From: Bdellovibrio sp.
GTDB taxonomy: Bacteria; Bdellovibrionota; Bdellovibrionia; Bdellovibrionales; Bdellovibrionaceae
Reading direction: 5' to 3'
DNA length: 64,000 bases
NCBI GenBank assembly: GCA_036677065.1
Contig: JAKFBS010000002.1
Location: 320,001 to 384,000, forward strand
Shown: positions 1 to 9,849 of the stretch, piece after piece
Layout of the letters: every line of letters begins with the position of its first letter
Numbering within the stretch: position 1 is the first letter of the stretch
Notes under the pieces: model-generated
The model's input: the letters and a program-made list of their open reading frames with translations, nothing else
Told to the model about the DNA's origin: nothing
Databases searched by the model: none
Program-made: the position numbers and the translations under genes

Positions 1-936
1 AAATCAGACGCTTTTTATTTAAAACCAGGAGATATCGTAGATGTTGTAGCTCCTGCGTCGGCGTGTTCAGAAGAGCATCTTAAATTGGGTCTTAAGTGGA
101 TCGAAAGACTTGGCTTCAAGCCAAGATGCAGCCCACATATCTTGCAACCTGATTTATATCTTTCAAATTCAGATGAGTTTAGATTTCAGGATTTTAAAAA
201 AGCACTTTACTCGAAAGATTCAAAAGCGATTTGGTGTTTGCGTGGCGGGTACGGCAGTTTCAGATTGTGGCCAGAAATGCTAAAGTTAACAAAAAAAGCG
301 CCGCCTAAACTTTTTATTGGTTTAAGTGATGTGACAAGCATGCATCAATTTCTGAACCAAAAATGGCAATGGCCGACATTGCATGCCTCGCTTTTGGATC
401 GCGTGGGTCAGAATAAATTGCCTGCAGGAAACGAAAAAGAGCTTGTTGATGTGATCACTGGTCAGATTGATGCAGTTGAATATATGAACTTAACACCGAT
501 GAATGACTTGGCTGCAAAAAAGAAAGTCATCAAAGGCACGGTGCGCGGCGGAAATTTATGCACGTTCATGGTCTCGGTTGGAACGAAGCTACAACCTAAA
601 TATCAGAAAAAAGACAAAGTGATTTTATTTTTTGAAGATATTGGCGAACGCGGCTACAAAGTAGACCGCTTTTTGCAGCACTTAAGCCAAGCGGGTGTAT
701 TTACTAACGTAGCTGCTATTGTTTTTGGAGATTTTGTCGATGGTTTAGAGGCCAGTGGACAAAGTTTAGTTCATGAAACACTGGCTCGTTTTGCTAAGCA
801 ATGTAAGATTCCAGTTTTCTCAGGAGTTGAGACGGGGCACGGAGTTATTCAGCGTCCGTTATTTTTTAACACCAATGCAGTGCTAACTTGTGACAAAAAC
901 CCTAACATGATAGTCTATAAAGCGTATGCGCCATAA
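1..936 (+). CDS. ldcA: LD-carboxypeptidase (peptidase S66), 5'-truncated by window edge
   Basis: Frame open from base 1 (KSDAFYLKPGDIVDVVAPAS); motifs RGGYG, GLSDVT (Ser), FEDIGE (Glu), TGHG (His). Confidence 0.9.
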   Translation, partial: KSDAFYLKPGDIVDVVAPASACSEEHLKLGLKWIERLGFKPRCSPHILQPDLYLSNSDEFRFQDFKKALYSKDSKAIWCLRGGYGSFRLWPEMLKLTKKAPPKLFIGLSDVTSMHQFLNQKWQWPTLHASLLDRVGQNKLPAGNEKELVDVITGQIDAVEYMNLTPMNDLAAKKKVIKGTVRGGNLCTFMVSVGTKLQPKYQKKDKVILFFEDIGERGYKVDRFLQHLSQAGVFTNVAAIVFGDFVDGLEASGQSLVHETLARFAKQCKIPVFSGVETGHGVIQRPLFFNTNAVLTCDKNPNMIVYKAYAP

Positions 937-1984
937 TAGTATTGAACGAGCCTTAATTGAAAAACTACAAGTTGCCATTCAGGATGTAACTCCTGGTGTG
1001 GTCGTACGAGCCTATCACCACGGAAGAATGATCTGCGATATCCAGGTTGGACAAACTTTTCCAATTTATGATTTAGCCTCATTAACAAAGGTGATTTTCA
1101 CGCAACAAAGTATAATGCGCGCTTATGATCAAGGGCATTGGAATTTAGAAACAAAAGTTAAAGATTTAATTCCTGATTTTCAATTTCCGGATATTAAAAT
1201 TACCGAGCTGTTAACTCACACTTCAGGTCTTGACTGGTGGAAGCCGTTTTATAAAGACATTAAATTAGAAGACACTTGGCAAAACAAACGCCTTTGGCTT
1301 TTTAAAGAAATAAATCAATCTGAACTTAAACAAACCGGCAAATCTGTCTATTCAGATTTGGGCTTTATGACTTTAGGATTTGTTTTAGAAGCGATTTATA
1401 AAAAAGATTTATTGCAAGTCTGGCAAGATGCTAAAGATGATTTTTATCCAACGACATCCTTAGATTTTCATGTGAACAACGTGCCATTAAACGATGTCAG
1501 CCAGTATGCGCCAACAGAAGAATGTCCGTTTCGTAAAAAAGTGATGCGCGGTGAAGTGCATGATGAAAACACATGGGCTTTAGGCGGAGTTTCATCGCAT
1601 GCCGGCCTTTTTGGTTCAATTGATGATGTGGCAGCTTTTGGTTTAAATTTACGTTCTCAGCTTCATGGTATCGCTAGATATAAGATCAAACAGAAAACAG
1701 CACAGCTTTTTGCAGCACGTGCGATTGATCAAGACGTGGGTGATTGGGCTTTAGGTTATATGATGCCATCGATTGAAAATGCGAGCTGTGGCCCTCATTT
1801 TTCAATTCACTCGATTGGGCACACAGGTTTTACCGGAACCTCATTCTGGTACGATCCACGTCAGGATTTATTAGTGTTAGCATTAAGTAACCGAGTTAAT
1901 TACGGGCGTGAAAATAGAAGATACGTGAGTCTTCGTCCACAAATTCATTCTTGGATTTATGAGGCCATTAAAAGAACCATTTAA
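926..1984 (+). CDS. Serine hydrolase, beta-lactamase/class C PBP family
   Basis: SLTK (SxxK), LLTHTSGL, YSD, GHTGFTG motifs; lies between ldcA and mpl. Confidence 0.85.
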   Translation: MRHNSIERALIEKLQVAIQDVTPGVVVRAYHHGRMICDIQVGQTFPIYDLASLTKVIFTQQSIMRAYDQGHWNLETKVKDLIPDFQFPDIKITELLTHTSGLDWWKPFYKDIKLEDTWQNKRLWLFKEINQSELKQTGKSVYSDLGFMTLGFVLEAIYKKDLLQVWQDAKDDFYPTTSLDFHVNNVPLNDVSQYAPTEECPFRKKVMRGEVHDENTWALGGVSSHAGLFGSIDDVAAFGLNLRSQLHGIARYKIKQKTAQLFAARAIDQDVGDWALGYMMPSIENASCGPHFSIHSIGHTGFTGTSFWYDPRQDLLVLALSNRVNYGRENRRYVSLRPQIHSWIYEAIKRTI

Positions 1985-2012
1985 TATAAAAACATCTAAA
2001 AGGATTTAGATT

Positions 2013-3440
2013 ATGTCTCAACACAGTTTAAAAAGTATCAAACCCGGGTCTCATGTTCATTTGATGGGAATCTGCGGAACCGCAATGGCTTCTCTTGCAG
2101 GGTTATTAAAAGATAAAGGCTATAAGGTAACGGGCAGTGATTCCAATCCTTACCCGCCTATGTCGACCCAGCTTGAAAGCTTGGGTATTCAGATTCAAAA
2201 ACCCTACAGTAAAAACAATCTTAATCCTAAACCAGACTTTGTAATCGTAGGTAATGTAATTTCAGCAAGCAATGAAGAAGCCCAAGAAATGGTTAGACTA
2301 TCGATTCCTTACTGTTCTTTGCCACAGGCGATGGGTGAATTTATTATCGATGATCGCATTTCATATGTGATCTCGGGAACTCACGGAAAAACCACAACAA
2401 CATCTTTAATGTCTTGGGTTTTAGATCAAGCAGGACTAGAGCCAGGATTTCTAATTGGTGGAATTGCTAAAAACTTCTCACAAAGTTTTCGTAACCCAAA
2501 ACAGAATGTTTTTGTTATTGAAGGTGACGAATACGATACCGCTTATTTTGATAAAGTTCCTAAGTTTATTCACTACCGACCGAAGAATGTGATTTTAACT
2601 TCGGTTGAGTTTGACCACGCTGATATTTACGTAGACTTTGCTGCGGTTAAAGCTGCGTTTATTCGCCTAATGAAATTGATTCCAGAAAACGGAAATTTCG
2701 TATTCTGGGGTGATGATTCAAATGTTTGTGAAGTGGCTGAACACTGTAAAATCAAAAATAAATTTTCTTATGGCTTTGATAGTAAAAATGATTTCACTTG
2801 TAAAATCGTCGAAGAAACTGAAGGTTATACGAAATTTTCTGTCACTCATAAAGGCGAAAAATTAGCTGATTTCGTAACGACAATGACTGGTCGCTATAAT
2901 ATCCTAAATGCGACTGCAGTTGTAGCTCAGGCTTTTGCAAATCAACTTCCATTAGATGGCGTGATGAAGGGTTTATCAACTTTTGCCGGCGTAAAACGTC
3001 GCCAAGATATCTTAGGTGAGCCTGGTGGAATTTTAGTGATCGAAGATTTCGCGCATCATCCTACCGCTGTTAAAGAAACAGTTTTAGCGATTCAAAATAA
3101 ATATAAAACACGTAAAGTGTTTTCAGTATTTGAGCCACGTTCTGCGACGTCTCGCCGTAGAGTGTTTCAACAAGATTACGTCGACGCTTTTAGCGAAGGT
3201 CATGAAGTTATTATCGCTGAAGCCTTTGATCAGGGTAAAATTTCTGAAGAAGACCGTTTTTCTTCAAGTGAGCTAGTTGCAGATTTAAAGAAAAAAAATA
3301 AAACAGCGCACGTCATGGCAAGTGCTGATGAAATCGTTAAATACTTAAAACAAACTGCAAAACCAAAAGATGTAATTTTAATTATGTCGAATGGTGGCTT
3401 TGATGGTATTTATCAAAAACTTTTTACGGCGTTAGGGTAA
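2013..3440 (+). CDS. mpl: Murein peptide ligase Mpl (MurC-like)
   Basis: GICGTAMASLA, GTHGKTTT, EGDEYDTAYFDK, DFAHHP, MSNGGF. Confidence 0.9.
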   Translation: MSQHSLKSIKPGSHVHLMGICGTAMASLAGLLKDKGYKVTGSDSNPYPPMSTQLESLGIQIQKPYSKNNLNPKPDFVIVGNVISASNEEAQEMVRLSIPYCSLPQAMGEFIIDDRISYVISGTHGKTTTTSLMSWVLDQAGLEPGFLIGGIAKNFSQSFRNPKQNVFVIEGDEYDTAYFDKVPKFIHYRPKNVILTSVEFDHADIYVDFAAVKAAFIRLMKLIPENGNFVFWGDDSNVCEVAEHCKIKNKFSYGFDSKNDFTCKIVEETEGYTKFSVTHKGEKLADFVTTMTGRYNILNATAVVAQAFANQLPLDGVMKGLSTFAGVKRRQDILGEPGGILVIEDFAHHPTAVKETVLAIQNKYKTRKVFSVFEPRSATSRRRVFQQDYVDAFSEGHEVIIAEAFDQGKISEEDRFSSSELVADLKKKNKTAHVMASADEIVKYLKQTAKPKDVILIMSNGGFDGIYQKLFTALG

Positions 3441-3446
3441 CCTGTT

Positions 3447-3908
3447 ATGGCGATCATCTACGCGCCATTAAACATCAATGATGAAACAGAACTTCGTTCT
3501 GCGGGTTATATTCATGAATCAACACCACAGAATTGGGACCCAAGTTACAAAGTTACTGATGAACGAGTGCTTTTTTGGGTCGACTATTTAAAAGACTTAC
3601 TCACAAAAGAAAAAAGTTATGCGGTAGTTGCTAAAGATGGATTGGCGATTGTCGGTTTACATTGGTTAAAGCTGCATGATAAGTTCGGAAAACCGAGTGC
3701 CTACATTGAATCCCTTTGGGTGCAGGAAGATTATCGCAAACAGGGCGTTGGCCAAGAGCTAAAACGCTTAGGCGAAGCTTGGGCAAAAGCTGCTGGGGCC
3801 AAAGTTATCACCACAAGTGTTCATTATGCGAACAAAAGTATGATCGATTTTAATCTGAAGTTAGGCTTTGAAGCCTTGCAGGTTGAGATGATTAAATCGC
3901 TTAAATAA
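3447..3908 (+). CDS. GNAT N-acetyltransferase
   Basis: Motif A V..DYRKQGVG; C-terminal N..M..F..KLGF. Confidence 0.8.
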   Translation: MAIIYAPLNINDETELRSAGYIHESTPQNWDPSYKVTDERVLFWVDYLKDLLTKEKSYAVVAKDGLAIVGLHWLKLHDKFGKPSAYIESLWVQEDYRKQGVGQELKRLGEAWAKAAGAKVITTSVHYANKSMIDFNLKLGFEALQVEMIKSLK

Positions 3909-3971
3909 TGCGCAGCAAAATCAGCGCTTTAAAATTGATACTCTCAGACCTATTTTCTACACCTATACGTA

Positions 3972-6479
3972 ATGAAAAAAGACGGCGAACTGACTCCATT
4001 GATGAAGCAATTTTGGGATATTAAATCACTCCACCAGGATAAGATTTTACTTTTCAGAATGGGCGATTTTTTTGAAATGTTTTATGACGATGCAGTTAAA
4101 GCTGCTCCAATTCTTGGAATCACGTTAACTCAAAGAAATAAAAAATCTGAAGATCAAACGCCGATGTGTGGCGTGCCTCATCACTCGATTTCAGGACCGA
4201 TCAATAAACTTTTAGCTTCGGGTCTTAAAATTGCGATTTGTGATCAAGTTGAAGATCCAAAATTAGCTAAGGGATTAGTAAAGCGCGCGGTCACAAGAAT
4301 TCTTACGCCTGGAATGGTTTATGATTCTGATACGTTAGAATCGACACAAAGTCATTTCATTACAGGTCTTGATAAGTCTTCTGTAAGTTTTATCGATACG
4401 ACAACGGGCGAATCGTTTTATTTCTTGGTTGATAACTTAACAGCACAATTAAAACTGATTTCAATTCTACCTGTAGCTGAGCTTGTACTAGATGAAACGA
4501 CTTGGACTCCAGAACAGTTAGAAATTATTAAAAAAGCGTTACCGTTAGTAACTAATCACAAAGTTGAAAAAACAAAATTAGCAGATGTTCCGGCTTCAGC
4601 TGATTTATTACAGCAATATGTTTTTAGTCTTGCTGATGGTAATATTCAAAAAGTTTTACAGCCTTTTGTGCAACGTGAAACTGAACACAGATTAAATCTT
4701 TCAACACAAACTCTTCGCCACTTAGAAATCTTTGCAACTTACAAAGGTGACGAGCAGGGGTCTTTATTTCAGGCGATCAACAGAACTAAGACTTCTTCTG
4801 GTGCACGTTTGCTGCGTCAGTGGATTTTATTTCCATTACGTAATAAACAAAGTATCGAAAAGCGTTTTGATCTGATTCATTTTTTTCGTGAAGACATGTA
4901 CTTACTTAAAAAACTTCGCGAGATCTTATCTGGTATGGGTGATATTGAGCGTCGCATGTCTAAGATCGCACAACCGCAATGTAATGCGCGCGACTTAACT
5001 AGCCTTGCTACGTCAGTAAGCTATGCGCTAGATGCTTTTGATAAATCGAAAAACATTCTAAAATCACAAATCAACACCGATGTCTTAAACTCATTAGTTC
5101 ATGAGATTAAGACGACAGTTTTAGAAGATGCGCCACTTAGCTTAAAGCAAGGTTTTATCATTCAAAAAGGTGTATCGAGCGAACTTGATGAGTTAATTGA
5201 TCTGTCTACGAATGCGCATGCTTTAGTTGAAAAAATGGAAGCTAAAGAAAAAGAAGCTACCGGAATTAATTCTTTAAAAATTCGTTATAACAACGTATTT
5301 GGTTATTACATCGAAATCACTCATCTGCATAAAGATAAAGTGCCAAGTCGTTACCAACGCAAACAAACTCTGGCGAATGCAGAGCGTTTTTGCACCGATG
5401 AATTAATCGAGCTAGAGAAAAAAGTTTTATCAGCACAAACTAAACGTAATGATTTAGAATTTGCGATTTTTGATGAATTACGTAATCGCGTGTTAAACAC
5501 GGCGAGCGAATTATTAAAATTAGCAAGCTACTGTTCCGAGCTTGATGTATTAAGTGGTCTTGCGTGGTTATCATTAGAAGAAAGCTACTGCCGCCCGGTA
5601 TTTTCAACAGGCGAGCTGAAAATCACTCAATCCCGCCATCCGGTGGTTGAGCAGTTCCAACGCGGAAAATTCGTCGCCAATAATATTCAGCTAGATAAAA
5701 ACGATTGTTATTTAATTACAGGTCCGAATATGGCCGGTAAATCTACGTTGATGCGTCAGGTGGCATTAACTGCCTTGCTTGCGCAATTAGGTTCATATGT
5801 TCCAGCAGCTGAAGCGATTCTTCCATTATACGATTCAATCTTTACTCGTATCGGCGCAAGTGATCAGCTAAGCGAAGGTCTATCAACTTTCATGGTTGAG
5901 ATGACTGAAACAGCGACCATGTTAAAACAAGCGACAGCTAATTCATTATTGATTTTAGATGAAGTTGGGCGTGGTACCGCAACGTTTGATGGTCTTTGTT
6001 TGGCGCAAAGTATTTTAGAACATATTTTAAACGATGTTAAAGCTCAGGTGTTCTTTGCAACTCACTACCATGAGTTAACTTCAATGGATCAAGTTTTTAG
6101 CGAAGTTAAAAACGTCCATATGAAAATCCACGATAATGCTGGCCAGATCGAATTCTTACATATTCTAAATTACGGACCAGCAGGGCAAAGTTACGGAGTG
6201 CAAGTTGCAGAACTGGCAGGCCTTCCAAAATCTATTACAGAGCGCGCGAAGTTATTACTTCACGATTTAGAAAATAAGAAGTCAGTAAAGGTGATTGAGA
6301 AGGTTGTTGAAAAGACTCCGGCTGTAAAGGCTACGAATCAGTTGTCGCTGTTTGATAAGCCTGCCATTGATCCAAAAGCAGAAGCTTTAATGGAAGAGCT
6401 TAAAAAGCTTTCAATCACGAACACTTCGCCATTACAGGCGTTGAATCAAATCGCTAAATGGCAAGAGTTGTTAAATTAG
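3972..6479 (+). CDS. mutS: DNA mismatch repair protein MutS
   Basis: FRMGDFFEMF, TGPNMAGKST Walker A, STFMVEM, DEVGRGT, FATHYHEL. Confidence 0.97.
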   Translation: MKKDGELTPLMKQFWDIKSLHQDKILLFRMGDFFEMFYDDAVKAAPILGITLTQRNKKSEDQTPMCGVPHHSISGPINKLLASGLKIAICDQVEDPKLAKGLVKRAVTRILTPGMVYDSDTLESTQSHFITGLDKSSVSFIDTTTGESFYFLVDNLTAQLKLISILPVAELVLDETTWTPEQLEIIKKALPLVTNHKVEKTKLADVPASADLLQQYVFSLADGNIQKVLQPFVQRETEHRLNLSTQTLRHLEIFATYKGDEQGSLFQAINRTKTSSGARLLRQWILFPLRNKQSIEKRFDLIHFFREDMYLLKKLREILSGMGDIERRMSKIAQPQCNARDLTSLATSVSYALDAFDKSKNILKSQINTDVLNSLVHEIKTTVLEDAPLSLKQGFIIQKGVSSELDELIDLSTNAHALVEKMEAKEKEATGINSLKIRYNNVFGYYIEITHLHKDKVPSRYQRKQTLANAERFCTDELIELEKKVLSAQTKRNDLEFAIFDELRNRVLNTASELLKLASYCSELDVLSGLAWLSLEESYCRPVFSTGELKITQSRHPVVEQFQRGKFVANNIQLDKNDCYLITGPNMAGKSTLMRQVALTALLAQLGSYVPAAEAILPLYDSIFTRIGASDQLSEGLSTFMVEMTETATMLKQATANSLLILDEVGRGTATFDGLCLAQSILEHILNDVKAQVFFATHYHELTSMDQVFSEVKNVHMKIHDNAGQIEFLHILNYGPAGQSYGVQVAELAGLPKSITERAKLLLHDLENKKSVKVIEKVVEKTPAVKATNQLSLFDKPAIDPKAEALMEELKKLSITNTSPLQALNQIAKWQELLN

Positions 6480-6547
6480 GTAGGCTGGCTGCCCGCGGCC
6501 GTGCCTTTTTGGGGAGCGGCGTGCCGAGGGTCAACTTCCGGCAAAAA

Positions 6548-6577
6548 AAAAGAGCAGCTTTTAATAGCTGCTCTTTT
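6548..6577. terminator. Bidirectional intrinsic terminator
   Basis: AAAAGAGCAGCT-tttaat-AGCTGCTCTTTT perfect 12-bp stem between convergent genes. Confidence 0.85.
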
Positions 6578-6597
6578 AGTTTAAATTTAAAATTAAA

Positions 6598-6807
6598 TTA
6601 CTTAGTTGGCTTTTGGTTTTGACCGTTTGGTCCGCCGGCTTTTGTTCCAACGTGCGTGCGCCAGTTGTACTCGTCACCTTTGATGTAACGGTTAGCCCAG
6701 TCATCCCATTTACGTTTTGGAAGTTTGTGGACTACGTTGCCTTTGTCGTCGAAAATTTCAGGATCTTTTCCGAATAATACATCACCGATTGTTTTTAAAA
6801 TTCCCAT
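6598..6807 (-). CDS. Small hypothetical protein
   Basis: 69-aa ORF with GGAG SD, ends at terminator. Confidence 0.7.
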   Translation of the reverse strand: MGILKTIGDVLFGKDPEIFDDKGNVVHKLPKRKWDDWANRYIKGDEYNWRTHVGTKAGGPNGQNQKPTK

Positions 6808-6836
6808 AGAATTCTCCAGCTATGGAATCATCCTAA

Positions 6837-7091
6837 CTACATTTTTGGATTAGCGCAAATATCAATATAATCTAGACCCTTTTCTTCGCCTGGGTATTCA
6901 CCATTAGTTAGCTTTTGAAAGCAGGCTTTTGACGCAACTTTAAAGGCTTCTTGTTTAGATTCTGCCTGCAATGTAAGCGTGAATGAGTCTTTAGCTTTAG
7001 GTTTATATGTGAAAGTCCAATCTTTTGAAGCTGCCATCGTGAAAGAACCTAGCATTGTAACTAATGCGAAAGTTAATATAGATGTTTTCAT
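6837..7091 (-). CDS. Small secreted protein with two Cys
   Basis: Signal peptide, AGGAG SD, sigma54-like promoter upstream. Confidence 0.75.
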   Translation of the reverse strand: MKTSILTFALVTMLGSFTMAASKDWTFTYKPKAKDSFTLTLQAESKQEAFKVASKACFQKLTNGEYPGEEKGLDYIDICANPKM

Positions 7092-7134
7092 AGAGGACTC
7101 CTTTTTGTTTAAAGCCTTGATACTCTAGATACAT

Positions 7135-7151
7135 TACATAATTGGTGCCAA
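7135..7151 (-). promoter_or_regulatory. Sigma54-like -24/-12 promoter
   Basis: Minus strand TTGGCACCAATTATGTA (GT variant at -12). Confidence 0.55.
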
Positions 7152-7264
7152 TCGAGTGGGTCAGGTTGATCCAGTTTAGGCAAATAGGGTGGATTTGACC
7201 GAAGCAGGGGTGTTAAGTTAATAACACCTGTAGGAGTGAGGCTAACACCCGTCTCAAAATAAGA

Positions 7265-8062
7265 ATGGCATTTAAGGCAGTTTTACCGAAGGTCTATCAA
7301 AATTTTTTAGACCGAAAAATTCTAAATTTAGATATCAGTGAAACAAAAGCCACTTGCGATAATTGTCTGCGTGCGCGCGATAAGCGCTTTCCGTATGCTT
7401 ACGAAGCTAATCTTAAATGCTGCACCTTTGTTCCCTTTATTCCAAATTTTTCAGTCGGTGGAATTCTAGCGCAGAAATTAGAAGGTTATAAAATCATTGA
7501 AGAAATGATCTCTGATCGCAGATTCGCTCTGCCGTTAGGAATTTTTCCAGACTTTGAATATCAGTATAAATTTTCACATAAAAAACAAAAAGACTTCGGT
7601 AATCGCGAAGATTTATTATGTCATTATTACGACCGTGATAAAAATCAATGCAGCATCTGGGAATTTCGCGGCGTCGTTTGTACGACATTTTTTTGCCGCA
7701 GTGATTATGGAAAAACTGGTCAGGATCTTTGGACTGAAGTGAATAATTATTTAAGTTATGTCGAAATGTCTTTGGCCGAAGACTGTTTAGTAATGAAAGA
7801 CTTTTCTCCTCGAGATATCTCGGATCAGCTGGTATTTTTAAATAAAAAAGACTTCACCAAGAGTGAAAAAACAATGAAAAGCTTAAGCGCTTCAGAACTA
7901 AAACCTTACTGGAATGGGTATAAAGACCCCGCTGAATTTTACTTATCTTGCTATGAGCTTGTTCAAAAACAGAACCGTACAACTTTTAAAGAGATAATCG
8001 GCGAACAAGGGTTGAAATTAGAAAAAAGAGTGTTACAAGGATACGCATGTCTATCGAAGTAA
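7265..8062 (+). CDS. Cysteine-cluster protein (YkgJ/CxxCxxCC-like, Zn or Fe-S binding)
   Basis: CDNC...KCC, LLCHYY...CSIWEFR..VCTTFFC; overlaps sufE start. Confidence 0.6.
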   Translation: MAFKAVLPKVYQNFLDRKILNLDISETKATCDNCLRARDKRFPYAYEANLKCCTFVPFIPNFSVGGILAQKLEGYKIIEEMISDRRFALPLGIFPDFEYQYKFSHKKQKDFGNREDLLCHYYDRDKNQCSIWEFRGVVCTTFFCRSDYGKTGQDLWTEVNNYLSYVEMSLAEDCLVMKDFSPRDISDQLVFLNKKDFTKSEKTMKSLSASELKPYWNGYKDPAEFYLSCYELVQKQNRTTFKEIIGEQGLKLEKRVLQGYACLSK

Positions 8063-8475
8063 AAGCCCAAGAGATGGTCGCACAATTTTCAAAAGCTACT
8101 GACTGGGAACAGAAGTACGAAAAAATTATTGAGCTTGGAAAAGCTTGGCCAGGTATTCCCGAAGAATTAAAAACAGAAGATTTAAAAGTTAAAGGCTGCC
8201 AATCGCAAGTGTGGATAAAAGCAGATTTAAAAGATGGAAAAGTTTTTTTTCAAGGCGATAGTGACGCGATTATTGTGCGTGGGTTAGTGGCTCTAGTTTT
8301 GACAGTGTATTCGGGGCAAACTCCCTCTGATATCATGAAATATGATGCCAACTTTTTAAAAGAGATTGGTCTGGACTCAGGACTGTCTCCAAGTCGTACA
8401 AATGGCTTATATTCGATGTTAAAACAAATTAAGTATTATGCCACTGCTTTTGCCTATTTACTTTCAAAACAATAA
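8047..8475 (+). CDS. sufE: SufE sulfur-transfer protein
   Basis: VKGCQSQVW, DSDAIIVRGL, LSPSRTNGL. Confidence 0.92.
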   Translation: MSIEVKAQEMVAQFSKATDWEQKYEKIIELGKAWPGIPEELKTEDLKVKGCQSQVWIKADLKDGKVFFQGDSDAIIVRGLVALVLTVYSGQTPSDIMKYDANFLKEIGLDSGLSPSRTNGLYSMLKQIKYYATAFAYLLSKQ

Positions 8476-8491
8476 CCCCTAACATTAAAGA

Positions 8492-8989
8492 ATGAAGTCT
8501 AATTTATTGCTAAGGATAGCGATTTTATTCACTATTGTTTTTTCGACAATGGCCGCAGAAGCGGGCCGTATTCGAATGCGTAAAGTCAAAGATGCTCCGA
8601 AAGTTTGTGCAACGATGAATGAAGATAAATTTCTTTCTCGTGGCAGTAAACGTATTTTCGGAACCTTAAGAAACAGTGTAATTATTGAACAAGATATCTC
8701 GCTGGTTAACGATTTGGGTAAAAAAATCTGCCAATGGCCGACAAACCGCTGGGAAGCTTTAGGTGATCTTTCTAAATACAACTTTTATATCGACGAGCAA
8801 AGAAATGCGCTTTATCCGTATATGAAAGCTGAAAATCAATACCAGTTTGTTAAAATCAGTTTAGATGATTGTTCTTTAAGTGAAGTACAAACCACTGATA
8901 AATTAGAACTACCAAAGTGCGAAGCTAAAAAGAAAGCCCGCTCCAAGTCTAAGCGTAAAGTGGCCAGCAATAATCGTTCAAGAGCTTAA
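8492..8989 (+). CDS. Secreted hypothetical protein with basic C-terminus
   Basis: Signal peptide, 4 Cys, Lys/Arg tail. Confidence 0.65.
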   Translation: MKSNLLLRIAILFTIVFSTMAAEAGRIRMRKVKDAPKVCATMNEDKFLSRGSKRIFGTLRNSVIIEQDISLVNDLGKKICQWPTNRWEALGDLSKYNFYIDEQRNALYPYMKAENQYQFVKISLDDCSLSEVQTTDKLELPKCEAKKKARSKSKRKVASNNRSRA

Positions 8990-8995
8990 TTTAGT

Positions 8996-9817
8996 TTAAA
9001 ATTTATAAGTCACAACAAAATAGTGTCCCACTCCGGAAGTGTCTCCGCCGAATCCTCCATCTTTTAGCAGACCCATGTCTTTATAGACCTTCATGCCATA
9101 GCCGGCAGAATAAAGCTCTGAATGCCAGTATAAACCGTTGTACCAAGCAATTGAGCTGCTGGTGCGATTCATGTCATCTGAGATTTTATTGGCGGCGAAA
9201 GTGTAATCAAAGAAACCTTGATAAGTTATATAGCTCTTATCGGCGGCAACATAAAAAGGTTTAAACCAGCTTGTCGATAATAAATATCCGTCAAACTTTC
9301 CTTCGTTGGCCGCGCCGAAATTTTCTCGAACATAGCGGGCCATTATTTTAGGTGTTAGCTTTCCGAACCATGGCGCTTGTACATCGGCTCCAAAGCCAAT
9401 GAAGTGTTCAAATAAGGACCTGTCGCCTATATTTGTTTGAGTTGCAATATACCACTCTGTAATTGGCCCTATCGACAGATCATGCCCGGTAACTGCATCG
9501 AGAGACAGCTTGGGGGCAAACTTAAAAAAAAGATTATCTTTGTTGTGAAGATCACTTTTTGAAGAATCAAAAATATCCAGCACATCCAGAAAACCATAAA
9601 CTTCAAAAAAGCGGGAGCGTCCGCCAAACTCCAATTCAAAAAACGTGTCATTTTTGCTGTTGAAAGGAAGTTTGTTGTTCACGCTCTGCAAGAGGCTGAA
9701 TTGAAACCATTTATTATCGTTTTTATGAATGTTATCAGAGTAGTCAGCGCAAAAGCTTTTATAGCTGTAAAAAAAGCAGAAAATAAGCGTCAGTAGAGAT
9801 AAATATTTTTTAAACAT
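8996..9817 (-). CDS. Tsx/OmpK-family nucleoside-specific outer membrane channel
   Basis: Signal peptide; FELEFGGRS, YGFLDV, YQGFFDY; C-terminal YKF beta-signal. Confidence 0.8.
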   Translation of the reverse strand: MFKKYLSLLTLIFCFFYSYKSFCADYSDNIHKNDNKWFQFSLLQSVNNKLPFNSKNDTFFELEFGGRSRFFEVYGFLDVLDIFDSSKSDLHNKDNLFFKFAPKLSLDAVTGHDLSIGPITEWYIATQTNIGDRSLFEHFIGFGADVQAPWFGKLTPKIMARYVRENFGAANEGKFDGYLLSTSWFKPFYVAADKSYITYQGFFDYTFAANKISDDMNRTSSSIAWYNGLYWHSELYSAGYGMKVYKDMGLLKDGGFGGDTSGVGHYFVVTYKF

Positions 9818-9849
9818 GTGCGCACCTCATTGAATTTAAAATTCACTAG

